From: Candidatus Margulisiibacteriota bacterium
GTDB lineage: Bacteria; Margulisbacteria; Marinamargulisbacteria; JBFWNS01
Assembly (NCBI GenBank): GCA_050250935.1
Contig: JBFWNS010000006.1
Span: 32,001-96,000 of the forward strand
DNA length: 64,000 nt
Direction of reading: 5' to 3'
The position numbers and the translations under genes are program-made. A model generated the notes under the pieces. The model worked only from the letters and a program-made list of their open reading frames with translations, searched no databases and was not told where the DNA came from. Position 1 is the stretch's first letter, and each line of letters begins with the position of its first letter. Below are positions 18,844 to 26,651 of the stretch, piece after piece.

Positions 18844-19959
18844 AAGGGCCTCAACATCGGCTTGATGGGCAAGCAAGGCATCCACCAAGTTGGGTGCGAG
18901 GATGCTGTTTCGGTTTTCATTTAGGATTTTTTGAACCCCTTTGGGGGTGAAGGCGTCTCGGTATACCCGGTTTTCCCTTAAGGCCACATAAATGTCGGCA
19001 GCGGTGACAATTTGGCTTTGAATTTCGAGTTGATCCCCGCGAAGACCAAAAGGATAGCCTGTGCCATCCACGCGTTCGTGGTGTCGGCTGCCCCAACGCT
19101 TCACCTTGGCTACCAAAGAAGAGGTTTGCAGATGGGGGGCGATGGTCTCGAAAAAATGGCAAACCAACAACGGGTGAAACCGGGTTTGGTAAAATTCGGC
19201 TTCATCCAGTTTCGAGGTTTTGTTCAGGATGGTTTTGGGGATGGCGATTTTGCCAATGTCGTGAAATTCTCCGGCCAGTTGCAAGAGGGCCTGATCTTCG
19301 GTGGAAAGCCCAAGGGTTTTTCCCAGAAACTGGGCCACTTTGCCAACACGAAGACAGTGGTCTTTGGTTTTGGGGTGATTTAACGCTAAAAATTCCAGGG
19401 CCAATAGGCAAAGGGTAGACAAGGATTCTAGGGTTAATTCTCCGGAGGGATTTTGAAGGTTGTGTTTGAAAAACTGAAAGGAATCTTTGTTGAGCAGTTC
19501 AAACCAAAAGACATCGGTTTCGATTAAGGCCAGACCTTTTTGTTTGATCACCTCGGATTTGGCGGCTTGAAAGCCCAGTTTTAAGGGGGCCATAAAGTCT
19601 TCGCGAAGCCGGTGTACCGACTTTAACGAGGTGGCTGGGGTAATCATGGCAGCCACAATTTGGCTGACCATCAGACAATCCATGGCGATTTGTTGGTTTT
19701 CTTTGGCTGGATCTGGGGTTGGGAAAAGGGATTGAAACAACAAATCCAAGCCACTTCGGTTTTTGAAGGGCAAAAATAAGGATTTTCCCACCAAAGAAAA
19801 AATCACGGCGGGGTTTAATTCGGCAGCCGTTGCGAGTTTATAGGTTAAATAGACCGAGGCTGGGTAGGCGTGGTGTTTGTGGAAAAAACGACCCAAATAC
19901 AAAAAGCCTTCCAAACAATCGACGCCATAGATCAGAGAGGGTGTTTTGTTGCTCACCAT
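18832..19959 (-). CDS. HD-GYP domain phosphodiesterase
   Basis: HCLRVG, HDIGK, HP, HHERVDGTGYP, AADIYVALRENRVYR. Confidence 0.88.
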   Translation of the reverse strand: MVSNKTPSLIYGVDCLEGFLYLGRFFHKHHAYPASVYLTYKLATAAELNPAVIFSLVGKSLFLPFKNRSGLDLLFQSLFPTPDPAKENQQIAMDCLMVSQIVAAMITPATSLKSVHRLREDFMAPLKLGFQAAKSEVIKQKGLALIETDVFWFELLNKDSFQFFKHNLQNPSGELTLESLSTLCLLALEFLALNHPKTKDHCLRVGKVAQFLGKTLGLSTEDQALLQLAGEFHDIGKIAIPKTILNKTSKLDEAEFYQTRFHPLLVCHFFETIAPHLQTSSLVAKVKRWGSRHHERVDGTGYPFGLRGDQLEIQSQIVTAADIYVALRENRVYRDAFTPKGVQKILNENRNSILAPNLVDALLAHQADVEALLKI

Positions 19960-20017
19960 CTTATCGTATCATAGACACCAACCATTGTTTAAGAACCCAT
20001 CACAAAAGGATAGTGTC

Positions 20018-21451
20018 ATGATACGTGTTCGTTTTGCCCCTTCCCCAACTGGGAGTCTCCATGTGGGGACCCTTCGCACTGCGCTGTTTAACTGGATTTT
20101 TGCCAAGCATGTTGGGGCAGCGTCGGTATTGCGCATCGAAGACACCGATTTGGCCCGTTCGGATGTGGCCTTTGAACAAACCATTTTTGATGGGTTGTCT
20201 TGGTTGGGTTTGAACATGGATGAAGGGCCTGTGACTGGGGGAAAATTTGGACCCTATCGCCAATCGGAAAGGGCCGAGTTGTATCACCAACATGCCCACA
20301 AGTTGTTGGCTTCTGGCCATGCCTATTGGTGTTTTTGCTCGGATGCCGATTTGGATGCTGAAAGGGCCACTGCCGAAACCAACAAAGTTCCCTATGTGTA
20401 TTCCAGAAAATGTTTGGGCTTAAACGCAGCCGACATCGAAGCCAAAAAAGCGGCTGGGATTCCCCATACCCTTCGGTTTAAAGTACCCAATGGCGAGATC
20501 TCGTTTCCCGATATCATTCGCGGGGACATTACCTTCGATATGAACTTGGTTTCTGATTTTGTATTGATCAAATCCGACCAAACCCCGTCTTACAATTTTG
20601 CAGTGGTGGTAGACGACTGGACCATGGCCATTACCCACATCATTCGGGGCGAAGACCACATTTCGAATACGCCCAAGCAAATTGCTTTGTACCAGGCTTT
20701 TGGTGCGCCGGTTCCCAAATTTGCCCATTTGCCCATGATTTTGGGTCCAGACAAATCCAAATTGTCCAAGCGCCATGGGGCCACCAGCGTGACGGATTAC
20801 CGAGACATGGGCTATTTGCCCGAAGCGTTTTTTAATTATCTGGTGTTGTTGGGATGGTCGTCTGCCGATGGAAGGGAGCTTTTAAGTCGAGACGAGATTG
20901 TTCAGGCCTTTGCTTTGGAACGGATTTCCAAGTCTGGTGCCGTGTTTGATATTACCAAGTTGAAGTGGATGAATGGCCAATATGTCCGCCAATTGGATGC
21001 GCCGGCGTTGTTTGCTGCGGTGAATCCTTTTGTATCGGCCGAAAATCAAGCGGCTTTGGCCCACTATACAGCAGCTCAGCGTCAGGCCATTTTTGCTTCG
21101 GTGCAAGATAACCTCGAACTGCTTGCCGATATTAATGCCCACTTGGCGTCCTATACCCACACCTTCGACTCGTTTAAAACCGCCGTTCAAGCCCTTGCTT
21201 TTGATGAAAGCGATTCCAAGGTTCTGGCCTTGTTTGCCGAAAAAATCGCGGCGTTGCCGGTGGTGAATCATGCCGATATCGACCCCGTTTTGGCCGACAT
21301 TCTGGCCGCCACAGGGCTGGGCAAGGGCAAGGTGTTTCGTCCCATTCGCTTGGCGGTGACCGCTGAAAAATCGGGTCCTCACCTGCCGGATATCATGGCT
21401 ATTTTGGGTAAGGACGAGATTTTGAGACGGCTTGCGGTGGTGTTGGGCTAG
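20018..21451 (+). CDS. gltX: Glutamate--tRNA ligase
   Basis: RVRFAPSPTG, HVGT (HIGH), RIEDTD, IIRGEDH, KLSKR; start at ATG 20018. Confidence 0.96.
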   Translation: MIRVRFAPSPTGSLHVGTLRTALFNWIFAKHVGAASVLRIEDTDLARSDVAFEQTIFDGLSWLGLNMDEGPVTGGKFGPYRQSERAELYHQHAHKLLASGHAYWCFCSDADLDAERATAETNKVPYVYSRKCLGLNAADIEAKKAAGIPHTLRFKVPNGEISFPDIIRGDITFDMNLVSDFVLIKSDQTPSYNFAVVVDDWTMAITHIIRGEDHISNTPKQIALYQAFGAPVPKFAHLPMILGPDKSKLSKRHGATSVTDYRDMGYLPEAFFNYLVLLGWSSADGRELLSRDEIVQAFALERISKSGAVFDITKLKWMNGQYVRQLDAPALFAAVNPFVSAENQAALAHYTAAQRQAIFASVQDNLELLADINAHLASYTHTFDSFKTAVQALAFDESDSKVLALFAEKIAALPVVNHADIDPVLADILAATGLGKGKVFRPIRLAVTAEKSGPHLPDIMAILGKDEILRRLAVVLG

Positions 21452-22098
21452 TCCCGGGGTTGATGATATAAATCCATCAAATATTTGGGAAGGCAGGGAA
21501 AGTCTTTGGGTAAAACTGCTGCTGCGCCGGCTGCTCGTGCTTCCTCTTGTAGCTGGGTGTTTTGGTCATCTGTGGTGCAAATGACAATCAATCCTTTCAT
21601 CTTGGCTTGAAAGTCGCTTCTTTGTCGAAGTTGATTCAGAAGCTGGCAGCCGGTTAGCCCCGGCATTTCTTGGTCCAGAACTAGAAAATGAATGGTGCTC
21701 CAATCAATCGATGTATCTTCTAGTAGTTTTTGGGGCTCTAAAAACATGGTGATATTGGATTGTAAAAATTGGTTTTTGGTTAACATTGTTTTACAGATCA
21801 CATGGTTGGGGCGAGTATCATCCACAAAAACGACCTTTGCTTCGCTGGCCCGAAGGGGTTTGGGCCCTAAGTTAAGTTGAGTGGCTTGAACCCCAAGGTC
21901 TTTGTGTAGGATTGCTGGGGAGATAAAGACCGATCCTGCTGCGGATGCCGGGGCAGTATGGGCTGCGGTTACGGCCGAGCTGATGGTGGCGGCGGCTTTT
22001 AAATCAAGGGGGGTTGAGAGGTGTTTGTGTAGCAAGGGAGTATCCTTTATTGAGGGGGTTGATACTCCTTTATCGCAATAAAATGTAAAAAATTGCAT
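21448..22098 (-). CDS. Orphan response-regulator receiver domain protein with low-complexity N-terminus
   Basis: VFVDD, LVLDQEMPGLTG, ICTT, AGAAAVLPK. Confidence 0.75.
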   Translation of the reverse strand: MQFFTFYCDKGVSTPSIKDTPLLHKHLSTPLDLKAAATISSAVTAAHTAPASAAGSVFISPAILHKDLGVQATQLNLGPKPLRASEAKVVFVDDTRPNHVICKTMLTKNQFLQSNITMFLEPQKLLEDTSIDWSTIHFLVLDQEMPGLTGCQLLNQLRQRSDFQAKMKGLIVICTTDDQNTQLQEEARAAGAAAVLPKDFPCLPKYLMDLYHQPRD

Positions 22099-22182
22099 GA
22101 AATAAAATATTTTTTAAGGCGTACGAGTTAATGGGGCTTTGTCCCTTTGGCCAGGTTTGTTTTTTTGTACAGGATCCTTTAG

Positions 22183-22360
22183 GCCCCTGCGGGGAGGAAA
22201 GACAAACTTTCTTTGGCTTTCCGATACAAAAACGCTTGTCGTTTTTGTTTATTTATAATGCCCCTGCGGGCGAGGAGGTTGAATTTACTTCAACCTCCGA
22301 CCCACAAAACCTGTGGTTTTGTGATTACAAACACAAAAACGCTTGTCGTTTTCTTTATAA
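22183..22360. repeat. Hairpin-rich repeats distal to the tRNA-Asp array
   Basis: GCCCCTGCGGG at 22183 and 22260; ACAAAAACGCTTGTCGTTTT at 22226 and 22333; hairpins GGAGGTTGAA/TTCAACCTCC and CACAAAACC/GGTTTTGTG. Confidence 0.75.
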
Positions 22361-22449
22361 TGGCGGGAGCGAAGGGACTCGATCTTTACTTCGTAAAGCT
22401 CGAAGACAATCCTATTTTTAAACCGTTCGCTGACGCTCACTGGTTCGAG
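22361..22449 (-). repeat. tRNA-Asp-associated repeat unit A (89 bp, ends in the tRNA's 3' 22 nt including CCA)
   Basis: 84/89 identical to 22554-22642 by manual alignment; 22361-22382 identical to 22677-22698. Confidence 0.92.
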
Positions 22450-22553
22450 GTAGATTTTAATCACAAATGCATAGCATTTGTGTGTCGCAAATCCAAAGCG
22501 AGTTTGTCTTTGCTCGCCCTACGGGGTTTGAAATGGAATCGTCTAAGACAAAG

Positions 22554-22642
22554 TGGCGGGAGCGAAGGGACTCGAGCTTTACTTCGCAAAGCTCGAAAAG
22601 AATCCTATTTTTAAACCGTTCGCTGATGCTCACTGGTTCGAG
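22554..22642 (-). repeat. tRNA-Asp-associated repeat unit B (89 bp)
   Basis: Direct repeat of 22361-22449; 22554-22575 identical to the tRNA 3' end. Confidence 0.92.
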
Positions 22643-22676
22643 TCCCTTTTTTGGGGACCTTGGGTATTTCTCTTAA

Positions 22677-22753
22677 TGGCGGGAGCGAAGGGACTCGAAC
22701 CCTCGACCTCCTGCGTGACAGGCAGGCGTTCTAACCAGCTGAACTACGCCCCC
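22677..22753 (-). tRNA. tRNA-Asp (GTC)
   Basis: GGGGGCGTAGTTCAGCTGGTTAGAACGCCTGCCTGTCACGCAGGAGGTCGAGGGTTCGAGTCCCTTCGCTCCCGCCA; full cloverleaf, G73, encoded CCA. Confidence 0.98.
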
Positions 22754-22817
22754 GCGTGGCGGAAATGACAGGGCGCCTAGTATACAGGGCAGTCTTGGTT
22801 TTGTACAATGGCTCAAT

Positions 22818-24428
22818 ATGAAATCTTTTGTCTTGTTTTGTTTGTTGGTAATGGGGTTGTCCACGGGGATTTGTGGGCAAAGCTTGTACCGTAACGAGGC
22901 GCATCAGTTTCAGTTGGGGGTTCCGGTGCGGTGGGTGATGGATTCTCAAACCCCGAACCGGGTTTCCTGGAAATCCGAGGCGGTGTCGGCTTCGATTTCT
23001 ATCAGTGTTTGGACCCTCAGTGGTGCTGTGGCTGCACCCGACTGGCAGTACCGGGTGGCTTCCGAAAAATTCGATGGCTGGGCCAGCTTGCTTCAACGCA
23101 GTGCCACCGACTACGAAATTAGCAGGGCTCAAGTGGACAGCGCAGCTGTTGGTGTCTATAGCACCCAAGAATTGGACGAACAGCAAAATATCAGCGAAGT
23201 GATTGTTGGCGAATACTATTTTATCAAGCAAAACAAGGGCTACATTGTTTCGATACGCGCCCCAAGAACCGTTTGGCCAGACATTGAACAAAGTGTAAAA
23301 ACCATGATGGATTCTTTTTGGGTGGGCTCAGGCCAACGTCAACTGGTGGCCAAGCCAGCGCTTAAAAGTTTGCCGTGGTTGATGGCCGGTGGTAACAAAG
23401 AAAATCAACGCGTGATCGCCGATATCCCCACCCGTTCCCTAAGTTTGGCTTGGGAGGCTGAATGGCCGTCGGGTTCTGTCGAACTCTACATGACGACTGA
23501 TCGCCTGTTTGTTCTTCAAAATGGCCTTTTACAGGCCTTGGATGCCAATTCTGGCGGTACCCTTTGGCAGCGAGAAGGGGTCTTGTCTGTGGCCTTGTCC
23601 AACACGGCTGCTTTTGTTGTGGCTCAGCAACTCCCCAATCAAAAAAACCTGGAATCTTTACAACTCGATACAGGCAAACGCCAGTGGCAAGCCGCTTTGG
23701 CGGGCACAAAACCGTGTTCCCCAGTGATCGTGGTTGGGCAGCGGGTTTATGTCGTGGATGGGGACGCGTTGGAGGTGTTTCAAGCCGATACTGGGCGTAA
23801 GGCTTGGTCCAAATCTGCGGGATTGAATCCTGTAATTTATCCGGTTGTTGTGGATCGGGCTGTTCTGGTTGCCCCTAAAAAAGGTGGTTTTTTGGCCTTT
23901 CAAACCGAGACGGGTAAGTCTGCATTTAGCCTGGAAGGCGGGAGCCCCATTTGGGCGCCGGTGGTGTATCGGCATGTCATTTTAACGGCTTACAAGGCCA
24001 AAGATGGTCTTACAGTTCTTCAAGGAATAGATGATCGGGCAGGGGCCTTGTTGTGGGAAGTCAGTGGCAATATGGCGTTGGCTGGCCCCCCTTCCTTGGC
24101 CAATGATGGGTTTGTATTGCCCGTGAATGCTTGGAAAGAACGGGAAGTGGACATGGGACAGGGCTTGGTTTCGATTGATTTGTATTCTGGTTTTGTCCAA
24201 TGGACAACGCCCGTGGCACTGGGCCCGTCTGGCCGAATTTGGGGAGGACGCCATCGGGTGTTGTCTCAAAGCCAATCGGGTATGGTGTTGTTGGATGCCG
24301 ATACTGGCGAATCGTTTGTATTGCCCAAGGTTTTGGCAGAAGCTTCTCAGGTTCGTTTCTTTAAAGACCTGGTTTTGGTTATCTCGTCGAATGGCCCACA
24401 ACAGCGGGTTTCTGCCTATCGCTTTTAA
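22818..24428 (+). CDS. Secreted protein with PsbP-like N-terminal domain and PQQ-type beta-propeller repeats (BamB-like)
   Basis: Signal peptide; repeated motifs ALDANSGGTLW, LDTGKRQW, ADTGRKAW, DDRAGALLW, DLYSGFVQW. Confidence 0.75.
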   Translation: MKSFVLFCLLVMGLSTGICGQSLYRNEAHQFQLGVPVRWVMDSQTPNRVSWKSEAVSASISISVWTLSGAVAAPDWQYRVASEKFDGWASLLQRSATDYEISRAQVDSAAVGVYSTQELDEQQNISEVIVGEYYFIKQNKGYIVSIRAPRTVWPDIEQSVKTMMDSFWVGSGQRQLVAKPALKSLPWLMAGGNKENQRVIADIPTRSLSLAWEAEWPSGSVELYMTTDRLFVLQNGLLQALDANSGGTLWQREGVLSVALSNTAAFVVAQQLPNQKNLESLQLDTGKRQWQAALAGTKPCSPVIVVGQRVYVVDGDALEVFQADTGRKAWSKSAGLNPVIYPVVVDRAVLVAPKKGGFLAFQTETGKSAFSLEGGSPIWAPVVYRHVILTAYKAKDGLTVLQGIDDRAGALLWEVSGNMALAGPPSLANDGFVLPVNAWKEREVDMGQGLVSIDLYSGFVQWTTPVALGPSGRIWGGRHRVLSQSQSGMVLLDADTGESFVLPKVLAEASQVRFFKDLVLVISSNGPQQRVSAYRF

Positions 24429-25518
24429 GGTCGATAAACAACAAGGCGTAGGCGGTATAAATGATCACGGCCAAGATCCAACGAAACGCTTCGTAGTGGC
24501 CTAGGCTGATCACGGCCCTTTCTGCCCAGAAAAACCCTAAAAGGGTTGCCCATAACGCCTGCTGAGTTCGGGTTGATATGTCCTTTCCAGCCGAACTTAC
24601 GAGGGCGATTAAAATGAATAATAACCCCACAAAATCATAGATGCGGTGGTAGACCATCAGCAAACTGGCCAGACTGATGACCATAAATTGATGGGGTTGG
24701 CTGTTGGATTTCCACACATACACGAGGGTGCTGGTCACCAATGTTGCCGAAACCATCAAGGCCAGGGTGGGGCTAAAAAGCGAGGCTGCGTCCACCAACC
24801 CTGCTTGGGTTAGGGTTTTGGACACAGCAATCGATTGTAGGATTAACGTTAAGGGGGAGGTGTGGGTTAGGCCTGAGGCAAGGCCAGTTAAGAGCAAATG
24901 AAACCCTGTTGCGACGGCGATGGGGGCGAACTGTTTTTTCTTGATAAAAAGCAACACGAAGGGCCCGGTTAGGGTGTATTTGAGCCAACTGAGACCCAGG
25001 CAGAGGCCCGAAAGCCAAGGTTTTTTTTGATCGCCAAGTGCGAGAGCGGATACCAAAAAGAACAAGGCCCACAGTCCGTGTTGTCCGTTGCCTAGGGTTA
25101 CCCGAAACGGGGTTCCGATCAAAAATAAAGCCGCTATAAGCCCTTTTTGATGGTTTGAAACCGATACCCCCATTGCCTTAGATCCCAACTGGAGCAAACC
25201 AATTGTGGCTGCCAAATTGGTTACTAACCAGACGCCTTTGGCCAGGGGCCAAGGCAGCCAGGTATAGGGCCACAACAACAGCAGGCAAGAGGGTATCTGG
25301 TTGGCCTGTAAAGGGTCCGGCATGAAGGTGTCGGTAAAGGCTGCGAGATGGTTTAAGGTGTACAAATATGGGTTGAACCCTTTGGCCAAAACCAAGGCTG
25401 CATCCCATTGAAAATCAAAACTGGCGTTTGCAGGAACGAGCGCATTGTAGCAACCCGCCAAAACGGAGAGGGTTGCTACAACTCCCAACAGCCATAGCCC
25501 CCACTTGCGATTCACCAT
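24379..25518 (-). CDS. GT87/DUF2029-like membrane glycosyltransferase
   Basis: DFQWDAA...NPY, LPW..AK.VW, GNGQ, LSWLKY, YHRIYD; polytopic. Confidence 0.75.
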   Translation of the reverse strand: MVNRKWGLWLLGVVATLSVLAGCYNALVPANASFDFQWDAALVLAKGFNPYLYTLNHLAAFTDTFMPDPLQANQIPSCLLLLWPYTWLPWPLAKGVWLVTNLAATIGLLQLGSKAMGVSVSNHQKGLIAALFLIGTPFRVTLGNGQHGLWALFFLVSALALGDQKKPWLSGLCLGLSWLKYTLTGPFVLLFIKKKQFAPIAVATGFHLLLTGLASGLTHTSPLTLILQSIAVSKTLTQAGLVDAASLFSPTLALMVSATLVTSTLVYVWKSNSQPHQFMVISLASLLMVYHRIYDFVGLLFILIALVSSAGKDISTRTQQALWATLLGFFWAERAVISLGHYEAFRWILAVIIYTAYALLFIDLKSDRQKPAVVGHSTR

Positions 25519-25521
25519 CCG

Positions 25522-26637
25522 CTATCGAATCGCAGTGCTATACGAGCCCAATCCAAACACCAAAGAAGCCAACAATTGATCGTCTTTGCTGTAATAATCC
25601 TTCGTGAATTGAATTCGGAATTTTGTGGCATCGTTAAGGGTTTTGGTGGTGATTAAGGAAACAGACTTGTGGGCGGTTTTGTCTTTGGCCGATTCGCTGA
25701 TGTCCAGCCGAAGCCCAGCCTCAAAAATAGGGCTGAATTTATAGGCAAAATAGGTGTAGGCACCCCAGTTTCGAAGGGTGGTGTCGTTCCAGTCTCGGTT
25801 TAAAAAGAGCAATTCGGACTGCCAGAGCATGCCCCCGTCTTTTGCCCAATTTTTAAAGGTCATATCCAGTCCGTAAACGGTGGCTTTGTCTTGGACCACT
25901 TTAAAGTCTGTGCCACTGCCCATCAGGACACTACTGCCCAGTTCCAGTTCAGTATCACGGGAGAGGTTCAAGATGGTGTTCAGTCGTGCCGAGCCTAGCC
26001 AGTCGGTAAAGGCAAAAGACTCGCCAATGGTTGTTGGGGTTTCTGAAAAATTCCGCCAGGTGCCAATAGACAAATTCAGAGAAAAGGGGGTGGGGAGTTT
26101 GGTTTCAATCATCAGACCTTGTCCCACGGCTCCATCGTTACCCAAAAATTGGGTCATCACACTGGGTTTGGTTACCATGCCCCAGGATTCGGCATGTAGG
26201 GCATTTATTTTGCCAAAATCGATGCGTTTTTTACCCAATTTTGCCGATAAATTATCGGCCAGAAACGGCGATGGAAAGGTGATGTAGGCTTCTTCGATGG
26301 CGATTTGGCTGGTCCCATTGGTTTGGGGCGTCAGCGAAAGAAAGGCATCGCCCCGAAGTTCAGAGGCCAGGGTTCCTTGAACACCGATTTCCAAACTTTT
26401 TAACAAAATCCCGCTTTGGTCTTTGCGGGCTTCGTTTTGAAAAACCGATCCCTGCACCAGTCCAATCAGGCTAAGGTCTGGTGCTTTGATGGTCTTGGTG
26501 GGCGTTATTTTTTGAACATCCACAGGCATTCTGGATTCTAAGGCCTTAAAAAAAGAGGTTTTTTCTTCGGTTTGAGCCCACAAAAGCGCAGGCGTAATCA
26601 GGGTTATCAGTAAACCCAATACTGCAGTTTTTTTCAT
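25522..26637 (-). CDS. Outer-membrane beta-barrel/porin-like protein, possibly metal-uptake associated
   Basis: Signal peptide; IEEAYI, GKKRIDFGKINALH, YGLDMTFK, WQSE; amphipathic strands. Confidence 0.65.
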   Translation of the reverse strand: MKKTAVLGLLITLITPALLWAQTEEKTSFFKALESRMPVDVQKITPTKTIKAPDLSLIGLVQGSVFQNEARKDQSGILLKSLEIGVQGTLASELRGDAFLSLTPQTNGTSQIAIEEAYITFPSPFLADNLSAKLGKKRIDFGKINALHAESWGMVTKPSVMTQFLGNDGAVGQGLMIETKLPTPFSLNLSIGTWRNFSETPTTIGESFAFTDWLGSARLNTILNLSRDTELELGSSVLMGSGTDFKVVQDKATVYGLDMTFKNWAKDGGMLWQSELLFLNRDWNDTTLRNWGAYTYFAYKFSPIFEAGLRLDISESAKDKTAHKSVSLITTKTLNDATKFRIQFTKDYYSKDDQLLASLVFGLGSYSTAIR

Positions 26638-26651
26638 GATGGTCTCCTTAT

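Noticed and set aside
22361..22698. CRISPR array
   Set aside because: The repeat is the tRNA 3' end, spacing is irregular (193 and 123 bp), the intervening sequences share a 67-nt body, and no cas genes are present.
22131..22864. Short ORFs (MAGAKGL... etc.) over the repeat array and tRNA-Asp
   Set aside because: They are translations of the tRNA and its repeats, with no RBS or protein-like features.
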